64,000 bases of DNA from Microbacterium sp. (lineage in GTDB: Bacteria > Actinomycetota > Actinomycetes > Actinomycetales > Microbacteriaceae): the NCBI GenBank assembly GCA_013823625.1, contig PNMM01000002.1, positions 577,061-641,060 of the forward strand, read 5' to 3'. Of this stretch, positions 47,141 through 55,255 are shown in pieces. The notes under the pieces were generated by a model. That model was not told the origin of the DNA, ran no database searches, and was given only the letters and a program-made list of their open reading frames with translations. Each line of letters begins with the position of its first letter. The first letter of the stretch is position 1. Position numbers and translations under genes: made by a program.

Positions 47141-47380
47141 ATGGCCAGGACTACAGCGCGAAGCGCCGAAAACCCCGAGACCCCCCGTGGCAATGACGCC
47201 CCGAACCCCGTCTGGTTCAAGCCGGTCATGTTCGGGTTCATGCTCGTTGGACTCATCTGGATCTTGGTGTACTACGTCAGCCAGGCCTCGTGGCCGGTGC
47301 CCGAACTCGGCGCGTGGAACATCATGGTCGGCTTCGGAATCATGTTCATCGGGTTCCTCATGACGACCCGTTGGCGCTGA
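47141..47380 (+). CDS. crgA: Cell division protein CrgA
   Basis: 79 aa with two TM helices. NPVWFKPVMFGFMLVGLIWILVYY and the C-terminal MTTRWR are typical CrgA. Confidence 0.85.
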   Translation: MARTTARSAENPETPRGNDAPNPVWFKPVMFGFMLVGLIWILVYYVSQASWPVPELGAWNIMVGFGIMFIGFLMTTRWR

Positions 47381-47411
47381 CCGGGAGTTCTTCAAAACTA
47401 CATCGGTGTGA

Positions 47412-47442
47412 TTATCCCCACTGTGGAGTCACCTGTGGATAA
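47412..47442. promoter_or_regulatory. Inverted cluster of DnaA-box-like 9-mers in a convergent intergenic spacer
   Basis: TTATCCCCA (47412-47420), TGTGGAGTC (47422-47430) and TGTGGATAA (47434-47442, the exact complement of TTATCCACA). They sit between the crgA stop and the rhomboid stop. Confidence 0.35.
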
Positions 47443-47469
47443 CTTGCCGTGCCGGAGCGTCGAGCGCTC

Positions 47470-48318
47470 TTAGAAGAACGCCAAACGCAGCAGCGTGAGG
47501 GCCACGAGGCCGACGCCCACGAGCGCGATGAGCAGTGCTTGGCGTCTCTGCTGATCGACGCGACGAGTGCGCAGCATGATCCACGCCAAGAGCGCTCCCA
47601 CGACCAGGCCGCCCACGTGCGACTGCCACGAGACGCCCGGAATGAGAAAACCGAGCGCCAGGTTGATGGCAATGATCACCACGAGCTGGATGTTGCGGCC
47701 CCCCAGCCGACGCTGAATCACGAAGAAGGCACCCAAGAGCCCGAAGATCGCTCCGGATGCTCCCACAACGACCGACAGCGGTGCGAGCCAGAGCACCGCG
47801 ACCGACCCGCCGAGAGCCGAGAGCACGTAGACCGCGGCGAATCGCGCGCGCCCAATGAGGCTCTCGAGCAGGGGGCCGAGCACCCACAGCGAATACATGT
47901 TGAACACGATGTGGAAGATCGACCGGTCACTGTGCACGAGAGCAACCGTGAGCATGCGCCACGGCTCTTGAGCGGTCAGCGGCGGAAAGTACGCGAGTGC
48001 GCTCGTCACGGCGCCCTGCGTGATCCACTGCAGCGCAAACACGACAAGCGTGAGCGCGAGGATGCTGTAGCTAACGACAGGCACTCGACTGCCGGGTCGG
48101 AAGGCGCGAACGAGCGCTGACGGGCGGCGGGGTGCCGCAGCGCGCGCGGCCGCGATGCACTCGGGGCACTGCACTCCCACGGCGGCGGGAGTCTGACACT
48201 CGGGGCACACTCGACGATCGCAGCGCTGGCAGCGCACCGCGCTGGGGCGGTCAGGATGCCGGTAACAGACGCGGGCATCCGCCCCGGTATCGGCGGGGCC
48301 CGGTGCCGAGGTGGTCAC
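47470..48318 (-). CDS. Rhomboid-family intramembrane serine protease with N-terminal zinc-ribbon
   Basis: Has CYRHP...[12 protein letters not shown]...CPEC, then six or more TM helices, with [11 protein letters not shown] (catalytic Ser) and a later H in VSWQSHVGG. Confidence 0.85.
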   Translation of the reverse strand: MTTSAPGPADTGADARVCYRHPDRPSAVRCQRCDRRVCPECQTPAAVGVQCPECIAAARAAAPRRPSALVRAFRPGSRVPVVSYSILALTLVVFALQWITQGAVTSALAYFPPLTAQEPWRMLTVALVHSDRSIFHIVFNMYSLWVLGPLLESLIGRARFAAVYVLSALGGSVAVLWLAPLSVVVGASGAIFGLLGAFFVIQRRLGGRNIQLVVIIAINLALGFLIPGVSWQSHVGGLVVGALLAWIMLRTRRVDQQRRQALLIALVGVGLVALTLLRLAFF

Positions 48319-48866
48319 GCGACCTCGACGACCTCGATGCTCGAAATGACGACGTCGTCGAGCGGCTTGTCGTTGGCGTTGGTGGGCACTGCCTCGATGG
48401 CCTTGACGACAGCCTTCGAGTCGTCGTCAGCGACAACACCGAAGATCGTGTGATTGCCGTTGAGCCACGGGGTGGCCACCGTCGTGATGAAGAACTGTGA
48501 ACCGTTGGTTCCGCGGCCACCGCGCTTGCCAGCGTTCGCCATCGCGAGCAAGAACGGCTCGCTGAACTGCAGCTCGGGGTGAATTTCGTCATCGAACTCG
48601 TAGCCGGGGCCGCCAATGCCCTGGCCGAGCGGGTCGCCGCCCTGCAGCATGAAGTCGGTGATGATGCGGTGGAAGATGACGCCGTTGTAGAGCGGGTCGG
48701 TGGTCTTCTTGCCGGTGGCCGGGTGGGTCCACTCTTGCGTACCGGTGGCGAGCCCGACGAAGTTGCGCACGGTCTTGGGCGCGTGGTTGCCGAACAGGTT
48801 GACGACGATGTCGCCCTTGTTCGTGTGGATGGTGGCGACGGCGGTGTGGATGGACATGTCGCCCAT
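48315..48866 (-). CDS. ppiA: Cyclophilin-type peptidyl-prolyl cis-trans isomerase
   Basis: ORF 48315-48992, start taken at ATG 48866 (48857 also possible). Has [37 protein letters not shown], and SMANAG...NGSQFFI. Confidence 0.9.
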   Translation of the reverse strand: MGDMSIHTAVATIHTNKGDIVVNLFGNHAPKTVRNFVGLATGTQEWTHPATGKKTTDPLYNGVIFHRIITDFMLQGGDPLGQGIGGPGYEFDDEIHPELQFSEPFLLAMANAGKRGGRGTNGSQFFITTVATPWLNGNHTIFGVVADDDSKAVVKAIEAVPTNANDKPLDDVVISSIEVVEVA

Positions 48867-48979
48867 TCTGGCATGGAGCGCACTGGCCGAATCCTGTGCA
48901 TTCCTACGACATCGGTTGGGTGTGCCGTGGGTTGGTGCCAGGATGGGAGAGCCGACGAAGGTCGATCCAGGAGGATTCC

Positions 48980-49552
48980 ATGGAACTGTCACGCAAGCGC
49001 CAGCGCGAATTGAAGAAGTTGCGCCGCCAAGCCGGCGACGTGTGGGACGAGCAGCGCGAGGTTCTCGAGCGCGCTGCGAGCATCCTGCGCGATGCCAGCC
49101 GTCAGGCTGCCTCGGTCGCGCGAGAAGACGTTGCCCCCCGAGTGCGCGAGACCTACGAGAAGCGCATCGTTCCCGGCGTCGAAGCCGGCGTGGGTTCGGT
49201 GCGGCACGCCGCGTCTGCCACGCGCGACCGCTTCGTCGACGACGTCATGCCCGCGGTCTCGGGCGCAATCGGTTCTGCGATCGCGGTGCTCGATGTCGCG
49301 CGCGACAAGCGCATCCGTGACGCCATTCGGCAGGTGTCGGCCTCGGGCCGCGAGCTCGCGACGCGAGCGGGGCAGAAGGTCGGCATCATCGAGGTGAAGC
49401 CGAAGCCTGGCCCCGGCCGCTACATCCTCATTGGCCTGGGCGTCGTCGCGACGGCTGCTATTGCCTACGCCGCGTGGCAAACGCTGCGCGCCGACGACGA
49501 TCTCTGGGTCGAAGAAGTCGACCCCGACGACGCGACGCCCGCCGCTTCGTAG
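48980..49552 (+). CDS. Hypothetical coiled-coil protein with C-terminal TM anchor
   Basis: ORF 48896-49552, trimmed to ATG 48980 (RBS CAGGAGGA). The N-terminus is charged and helical, with one TM helix [19 protein letters not shown]. Confidence 0.55.
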   Translation: MELSRKRQRELKKLRRQAGDVWDEQREVLERAASILRDASRQAASVAREDVAPRVRETYEKRIVPGVEAGVGSVRHAASATRDRFVDDVMPAVSGAIGSAIAVLDVARDKRIRDAIRQVSASGRELATRAGQKVGIIEVKPKPGPGRYILIGLGVVATAAIAYAAWQTLRADDDLWVEEVDPDDATPAAS

Positions 49553-49608
49553 GTTCGTGCTCGACTACACGTCGAGGCCGAACTGTTCGTGCTCGACTAA
49601 ACGTCGAG
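49553..49608. repeat. 24-nt direct repeat (1 mismatch, 8-nt spacer), each copy an internal hairpin; likely bidirectional terminator
   Basis: GTTCGTGCTCGACTACACGTCGAG (49553-49576) and GTTCGTGCTCGACTAAACGTCGAG (49585-49608). CTCGAC/GTCGAG stems are present. Copy 2 overlaps the last codons of the 49597 gene. Confidence 0.6.
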
Positions 49609-51135
49609 CACCAATTCCGGCGTGGTTGCCCGCGAAACGCACGGGTAGAAGACCCCGATCTCGTCTTTGTCGTCGTCGGGCATGACCGAGTCGAGGTGCA
49701 GCGCGGTTCCGGCGAGCACGCGTGTTTCGCACGTTCCACACACTCCGGTTCCACACGATGTGGCCATCGGGATGCCCGCCGCCTGCAGCGCGGAGAGCAC
49801 ACTCTCCTCGGCCTCCACCTCGATGCGTCGCCCGGTCGTGCGCGCCACGACCACGAGCGGCGCGCGGTTCGCGCCGGTCGTGCGATCGACGGCGATGAAG
49901 CGCTCGACGTGGCATCGAGCCCGCGGAGTCGCAGCAATCACATCGTCGAGCAGTGCACCGCTTCCGCACGCATAGACGTCGGCAGTTGCCGCGGCGATCT
50001 CACCCGCGAGGTCGAGCCGCTCGGTGCGCTCGTCACCCGCGACGACGCGCACTCGCTCGCCATATCGGCTTTCGAGTTCGCGTGAGAAGGCCATTTCTGA
50101 TCGGGTTCGACCCAGGTACAGCAGGCGCCACGCCCGCGTGGGCGGAAGCGCTTCGATCATGGCGCGAATCGGCGTGATGCCGATTCCGCCGGCAATGAAG
50201 AGATACTCGTGCGCCGCTTCGAGCGGAAAGTGGTTGCGGGGGCCGATCACGTCGAGTTCATCGCCGAGCTCAGCGATGTCGTGCAAGTAGGCACTTCCGC
50301 GACCAACCGGTTCTTGTCGCAAGACCGCGATGTCGAGGTGGCCGCGGTCAGCCGGATCGCTGCAGAGCGAATACTGCCGTTCGACGCCGATCGGCAGGCG
50401 CAGAGTGACGTGCGCTCCGGCGTACCACGGCTCGATCGGCTGACCGTCGACCCTCGACAGTCGAAAGCGCACCACTCCATCGGCCACCGGGTGCTTTGCC
50501 GTGATGATCATGCGTGTGACCGCGAGAGGGTTCGAGGGGTTCGCTTCGGCGAGCGAGGGCACCGCTCCGTCGTTCGTGAGGCGCGACGATGAAGTCGCGG
50601 GAGTGCGCCGACGCGCCATCACGATGCGAACGATCAGAGCAATGACGGATGCCGTGACGATGACCGTCGCGACGCCCTGATACCAGGCCGCGCCAGCATC
50701 CGTGCCCGCGAAGGCACCGTGGATGGCCACCGCGAGCACCGCGACATAGCTCAAGTAGTGCACGGCCTTCCAGAAGCGTTGCGGCAAGCGATTCTTCATG
50801 CGCGACGTCAGCTGCACAGCGAGAAGCACGTAGAACGAGAGGATTCCGAGGGCCACGGGGAGCGGCCGATACTCAGCGATGAGCGGAATCAACAGTTGGT
50901 CGATGGGCATGGCGAGCCACGGGTCGAGCATGAGCGACACCATGTGAATGCCGGTGAGCACGAGGGCGGTACCGCCCAGAAAGCGGTGCAGGTCTTGCAG
51001 CCACGCGGGGTTGTCGGCGCCGCGGAAAACCCGCGTCGAGAGCGTGATGCCCCACAGTACGGCGGCCGTCATGAGTACCCAGGCGAGAACAGCACTCGCC
51101 CGAGTCACGTACCACCAGAAGTGCGGATCGTTCAT
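49597..51135 (-). CDS. Ferric-reductase-like (NOX/FRE/MsrQ-type) bis-heme transmembrane domain fused to a PDR/VanB-type flavin reductase and plant-type 2Fe-2S ferredoxin domain
   Basis: ORF 49597-51219, trimmed to ATG 51135 (ATGA overlap with apbE). TM His pairs are HRFLGGTALVLTGIH and HYLSYVAVLAVAIH. Also has RQYSL (RxYS), GGIGITP, and CGTGVCGTCE...C. Confidence 0.8.
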   Translation of the reverse strand: MNDPHFWWYVTRASAVLAWVLMTAAVLWGITLSTRVFRGADNPAWLQDLHRFLGGTALVLTGIHMVSLMLDPWLAMPIDQLLIPLIAEYRPLPVALGILSFYVLLAVQLTSRMKNRLPQRFWKAVHYLSYVAVLAVAIHGAFAGTDAGAAWYQGVATVIVTASVIALIVRIVMARRRTPATSSSRLTNDGAVPSLAEANPSNPLAVTRMIITAKHPVADGVVRFRLSRVDGQPIEPWYAGAHVTLRLPIGVERQYSLCSDPADRGHLDIAVLRQEPVGRGSAYLHDIAELGDELDVIGPRNHFPLEAAHEYLFIAGGIGITPIRAMIEALPPTRAWRLLYLGRTRSEMAFSRELESRYGERVRVVAGDERTERLDLAGEIAAATADVYACGSGALLDDVIAATPRARCHVERFIAVDRTTGANRAPLVVVARTTGRRIEVEAEESVLSALQAAGIPMATSCGTGVCGTCETRVLAGTALHLDSVMPDDDKDEIGVFYPCVSRATTPELVLDV

Positions 51136-52070
51136 GCGTAGTCGCTCCAATTCGTCGAGGTGTATTCGGCGCCCTCGGCGTCGATAAGCATGGCGGCTGC
51201 CCCACGAGTGGGAATCCACTCGAGATAGTCGTCGATGTCGCGCAGAAACCCGGGCTTCGTGAGCACTTCGGCCCGCGCGGCCGTCGCGGCGATGACGGTG
51301 ACGGTCTGGATGCTCGAGATCGCGCTGCGCCGCGTCGCCGGGTCGATGAGGTGGTGGCGTTCGACGCCGGCCTCAGACATCCATCGCCGTTTGCGCTGGC
51401 TCGAGGTGGCAATGCCGCCGTCGGGCAGTCGAATCTGCAGGCGTTCGGTGCCGGGGACGAAAGGGTCGTCGACCGCCACCCGCCACGCCACGCTGTCGGG
51501 GGCTGTTCCGCAGACGCGCAGGTCGCCGCCAACCTCGACAAGGCACCCGGCGGCACCGGCCGCGATGAGATCGGCCGCGATGAGATCGGCCGCGAGGCCT
51601 TTTCCAATTCCTCCTGCATCGAGGGCGGTACCGCGCGGCAGCGTGACGGTTGTTCCCTCGATGCGCATGGCATCGAGGTCGCCGCGTGATCGTGCCGACT
51701 CGGGTAGCCGAGTGGAACGCGCGGGGTCGATCATCGAACGGCCATAGCCCTCAGCGATCACGGCCGGCAAGAGAGTCGGGTCAAAGTCACGGTCGGTCTC
51801 ACGCCAGCCTGCCCGCATGGCCTCAAGCAGGGTGACGGTGTCGTCGTCGACGAGCACGGGGTTTCCCTGTGATTCGGTCAACCGCGTCAAGTCACTGTCG
51901 GCGATGAAGCGGCTCCACCGTTGCTCGAGGTCTCGACCTCGACTCTCGACGAGCGCCACGATCAGTTCACCCGGTAGTGCCGTCTCCGTGTCGATCACGA
52001 CCCACGCTCGGGCCGTGCCGCCCATCATCGACCACGCGTGCGTGAGATCGATCGTGCTCGCGACCGTCAT
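51132..52070 (-). CDS. apbE: FAD:protein FMN transferase (ApbE family)
   Basis: 312 aa. FDPTLLPAVIAEGYGRS, LDAGGIGKGLAADL and the HHLIDPATRRS region are typical of ApbE. Confidence 0.8.
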   Translation of the reverse strand: MTVASTIDLTHAWSMMGGTARAWVVIDTETALPGELIVALVESRGRDLEQRWSRFIADSDLTRLTESQGNPVLVDDDTVTLLEAMRAGWRETDRDFDPTLLPAVIAEGYGRSMIDPARSTRLPESARSRGDLDAMRIEGTTVTLPRGTALDAGGIGKGLAADLIAADLIAAGAAGCLVEVGGDLRVCGTAPDSVAWRVAVDDPFVPGTERLQIRLPDGGIATSSQRKRRWMSEAGVERHHLIDPATRRSAISSIQTVTVIAATAARAEVLTKPGFLRDIDDYLEWIPTRGAAAMLIDAEGAEYTSTNWSDYA

Positions 52071-52096
52071 GACTGTTCTTTCGCGTGACGGCAGGC

Positions 52097-52489
52097 TTAG
52101 CCGCCAGAACCCGCGGTCGTTCCGTTGGCCGGCGGCGCGGGCTGCGCGGGAGCCGGGGCCGGCGCCGGAGCCGCGGGGGCTGCCGGTGCGGCGGCGCTCG
52201 ACCCGGAACTTGACGCGGAGCTTGACCCCGAGCTCGTTGCCGCCGCCGCGACGGGAGCCACGGCCGCAATCTCGGGCAACAGCGAGGCGTCGAGAACACG
52301 TACGGCTTGGCCGCGCACATTGCTCGCCACGGCCGTCGTGGTCGCAACCGCGGCGGCGTCAGCTTGTGCTTGCTGCTCGGCCGCGACAGCGGCCACCTGA
52401 AAGGCGGTGACCATGCTGATCATCGCGATCGCGGTTCCCGCGCCCGTGAGGGCGCGGGCGATCGCGGCGGGTCGCTCGTTAGTCGTCAT
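52097..52489 (-). CDS. Hypothetical N-terminally membrane-anchored Ala/Ser/Pro-rich protein
   Basis: ATG 52489 lies within ORF 52097-52735. The helix GAGTAIAMISMVTAFQVAAVAA is followed by a low-complexity region (SSGSSSASSSGSS, APAAPAAPAPAPAPAQPAPP). Third-position GC is coding-like. Confidence 0.45.
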   Translation of the reverse strand: MTTNERPAAIARALTGAGTAIAMISMVTAFQVAAVAAEQQAQADAAAVATTTAVASNVRGQAVRVLDASLLPEIAAVAPVAAAATSSGSSSASSSGSSAAAPAAPAAPAPAPAPAQPAPPANGTTAGSGG

Positions 52490-52850
52490 CGTCCGTCTCG
52501 TCTTCGTGCTCGTCTTCGTATTCGACTTCCAACGAGTCCTCGGAGTCGTCGTCACTGTCGTGACTCGAAGCACTCGGTGACGGGGCCGGCGGTGAACTCG
52601 TTGTGCTCGACGACACGAGGCCGCCGGCCGGGGTCGGCTTCTGGTTTGCCGCGTTGGCGAGCTGCTCGCGGTAGTCAGCAGGAATGTCGGCACCCTTGGG
52701 TGCGATCGGCACGAGCACCGGAGTAGCAGTGCCAATGACCGAGGTCTCGTTCGTGGCCGAGGCCAGCATCGTCTGATTCACGGCATAAGCCCCACCCGCG
52801 GTGCCGAGCACGGCAGCGATCGAGAGGGCGGTGATGATCTGCGTCTTCAT
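52479..52850 (-). CDS. Hypothetical secreted protein with strongly acidic C-terminal tail
   Basis: Has the signal peptide MKTQIITALSIAAVLGTAGGAYA and the tail SHDSDDDSEDSLEVEYEDEHEDETDDDD. It overlaps the next gene by 11 nt. Confidence 0.5.
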   Translation of the reverse strand: MKTQIITALSIAAVLGTAGGAYAVNQTMLASATNETSVIGTATPVLVPIAPKGADIPADYREQLANAANQKPTPAGGLVSSSTTSSPPAPSPSASSHDSDDDSEDSLEVEYEDEHEDETDDDD

Positions 52851-52972
52851 GCTTCGACGCTAGGCCGCGGCACTTTCAGAGACGTCCCCCGAACATCCAA
52901 GATTCATCCAAGATCGCGCCGTCGAATCGTGGATGCGCGCCGCCATCGCGGCGCAAGGGGCATGATGAGCGC

Positions 52973-53641
52973 ATGCGGGTTCTCGTGATCGAAGACGACG
53001 ATGCGGTTGCCGATGGCATCGTCGACGGACTCGCCGACCGCGCCATCGTGGCCACGCGCGTGGCCAGCGGGCTTGCGGGCATTGAGAGCGCGGCAGAACT
53101 GCACCCCGATCTGATCGTGCTCGATCTCGGCTTGCCCGATATCGATGGCACCGAGGTCTGCCGTCGCATCCGCGCGACGAGCAGCGTGCCGATCATCATC
53201 GTGAGCGCGCGCGACGAAGAAGTCGACCGCGTCGTGGCTCTTGAGCTGGGCGCTGACGACTACATCGTGAAGCCGTTTGGCATGCGCGAGCTCGTGGCGC
53301 GCATCCACGCCATCACTCGGCGAACCACGGTGGGCGCATCAGTGTCGCGCGATGACGGCGAGGGGTCGCGGCTCGTGATCGACAGTCGCGCGCGTCGCGT
53401 GCTGCTCGACGGTGAACCCGTGCACTTGACGCCCCGCGAGTTTGACGTGGTGGAGTACCTTGCCCGCGACCGAGGAGCGGTCTATCGGCGCACCGACATC
53501 TTGCGCGACGTGTGGGACACCACGTGGTTTGGCACGGCGAAGACGCTCGATGCCCACATCGCGGCCGTTCGCAAGAAGCTCGGTGACCCCGCCTGGATCG
53601 AGTCGGTTCGCGGCGTCGGGTTTCGACTCGGAGAACCCTGA
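52973..53641 (+). CDS. OmpR/PhoB-family response regulator
   Basis: Receiver domain is MRVLVIEDD...DLIVLDLGLPDIDG...K. The winged-helix C-terminus is LTPREFDVVEYL...GVGFRL. Confidence 0.9.
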   Translation: MRVLVIEDDDAVADGIVDGLADRAIVATRVASGLAGIESAAELHPDLIVLDLGLPDIDGTEVCRRIRATSSVPIIIVSARDEEVDRVVALELGADDYIVKPFGMRELVARIHAITRRTTVGASVSRDDGEGSRLVIDSRARRVLLDGEPVHLTPREFDVVEYLARDRGAVYRRTDILRDVWDTTWFGTAKTLDAHIAAVRKKLGDPAWIESVRGVGFRLGEP

Positions 53642-55023
53642 TGCGCTGGCGCTTCATGGGCATGGTCATGGTCATCACGGCACTCGTGTTGATTGTGCAG
53701 ACCGTTCCCCTCGCGCAGTATCTGCGCACCGTCGAGCTCGACCGACTCGTCACCGGTCTCGAACGCGATGCCTTCGTGTTGGCTGGCCGCGCTGAAGAGG
53801 CGCTCGAGTCGCTCGATCCGGTCGACCTTGCCGCGGTGTCTGAGGCAGCGCTGGAGTACCGAGCTTCTGGGGGTGGTCGCGTGGTCATTGTCGACGCGAG
53901 CGGAATCGCTCAGGTCACGAGTGATGATGACCAATCAGCAGTGGGTGGCGACTACTCGTCACGCCCCGAGATCGCGCAAGCCCTGAGCGGAACCATCTCG
54001 TCGGGCTCGCGCTTCTCGACCACTCTCGATGAGCAACTGGTCTATGTTGCCGTGCCCGTGCTGAGCGGTGAAGACATCATCGGTGCCGTGCGGTTGACCT
54101 ACTCGGAGGCCGTCGTTGACGACGAGGTCGGCGAACGGCTGCGGGTCATCGGCCTCGTCGCTCTCCTGACGCTCATCATGGCGGGGATCGCGGGCATCGT
54201 TTTCTCGGGCACGGTCACTCGACGGTTGAGCGTGCTGACCGCCACGACTGAACAACTGGCCGGCGGAGACCTCAGCGCGCGTGCCGACCCCAAGGCGGGC
54301 GCACCCGAGTTGGTGCGGCTTGCTCGCTCGTTCAACCGCATGGCCGATCGACTCTCGGGTCTCATCGACGAACAGCGAGCCTTTGCGGCCGACGCCTCAC
54401 ACCAGTTGCGCACGCCCCTCACTGCCCTGCGTCTCAAGCTCGAACGCGCGCGCGACCTCATCGAGTCCGACCCCGCGGGCGCGGCGTCGCGACTGGCCGC
54501 GGCCGAGCTCGAGGCCGACCGCCTCGTGACGATTGTCGAGGGCTTGTTGGCGCTGGGGCGCGCGGGAGCATCCGTCAGCCCCGTCGTCACCGTCGACCTC
54601 GCTGCCGTCGCCCGCGAACGCGTTGATCAGTGGGAACCCCTCGCCGCCGAGAGTGGCATCGAGCTGACACTGGAGGGGCCCAGCGGTGTCGCGGTGCTGG
54701 CGGTACCGACGGGCGTCGAGCAGATGCTCGACAACATCATCGACAACGCTCTTGCCGTCTCGCGCGAGGGCGATCGCATTCGCGTCGTCATCTCTGCCGC
54801 CGACCGACCCACTCTGGCCGTGCATGATGAGGGGCCCGGGATGTCCAACGACGAGCTCGCGCGAGCCTTCGACCGATTCTGGCGCGGGGGAACCACTACC
54901 CCGGGCACGGGCCTCGGTCTCGCCATCGTCGCCGAACTCGCGCGCGCGAGTGGTGCCGAGGTCAGCCTCACGCGCCGCGACCCGCGCGGCCTCACCGCGA
55001 CGATCACCTTCGACCGAGCCTGA
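53641..55023 (+). CDS. Sensor histidine kinase (two TM helices, about 150-aa extracytoplasmic domain, HAMP, HisKA, HATPase_c)
   Basis: The start overlaps the RR stop (TGATG). Has the H-box ADASHQLRTPLTAL, N-box DNIIDNAL, and G-boxes HDEGPGM and GTGLGLAIV. Confidence 0.9.
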   Translation: MRWRFMGMVMVITALVLIVQTVPLAQYLRTVELDRLVTGLERDAFVLAGRAEEALESLDPVDLAAVSEAALEYRASGGGRVVIVDASGIAQVTSDDDQSAVGGDYSSRPEIAQALSGTISSGSRFSTTLDEQLVYVAVPVLSGEDIIGAVRLTYSEAVVDDEVGERLRVIGLVALLTLIMAGIAGIVFSGTVTRRLSVLTATTEQLAGGDLSARADPKAGAPELVRLARSFNRMADRLSGLIDEQRAFAADASHQLRTPLTALRLKLERARDLIESDPAGAASRLAAAELEADRLVTIVEGLLALGRAGASVSPVVTVDLAAVARERVDQWEPLAAESGIELTLEGPSGVAVLAVPTGVEQMLDNIIDNALAVSREGDRIRVVISAADRPTLAVHDEGPGMSNDELARAFDRFWRGGTTTPGTGLGLAIVAELARASGAEVSLTRRDPRGLTATITFDRA

Positions 55024-55132
55024 CCGCCCTCGCCGAAGCGGCATCGCCCTGCAGCTGCAAGCGGCTCGTCTCGCGAAAGCGCCATCGCGCAACGTGTGAT
55101 CGCGACGCGAAGCGAGACGACCACGCTCGTCT

Positions 55133-55172
55133 CGCGGAAGCGGCATCGCGCCGCAGGAGCGGCGGCGCGATC
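55133..55172. repeat. 40-nt repeat containing a perfect 10-bp GC hairpin, 10 nt beyond the 3' end of tRNA-Ala
   Basis: CGCGGAAGCGGCATCGCGCCGCAGGAGCGGCGGCGCGATC. The stem is ATCGCGCCGC/GCGGCGCGAT with a 7-nt loop. A copy with 1 mismatch lies at 55343-55382. Confidence 0.7.
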
Positions 55173-55182
55173 ATAAATTGAG

Positions 55183-55255
55183 TGGAGCCTAGGAGAATCG
55201 AACTCCTGACCTCCTGCTTGCAAAGCAGGCGCTCTACCAATTGAGCTAAGGCCCC
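55183..55255 (-). tRNA. alaT: tRNA-Ala (anticodon TGC), CCA not encoded
   Basis: The reverse complement GGGGCCTTAGCTCAATTGGTAGAGCGCCTGCTTTGCAAGCAGGAGGTCAGGAGTTCGATTCTCCTAGGCTCCA has a G3:U70 pair and the anticodon loop TTTGCAA. Confidence 0.9.

Noticed and set aside
52097-52850. Canonical flavinylation motif ([ST]GA[ST]) in the two small exported proteins or in the LAATG proteins
   Set aside because: Only near-misses occur (LTGAGT, GAGATS, ATGAN). None fits D-x-x-[ST]-G-A-[ST], so I do not claim either protein is an ApbE substrate.
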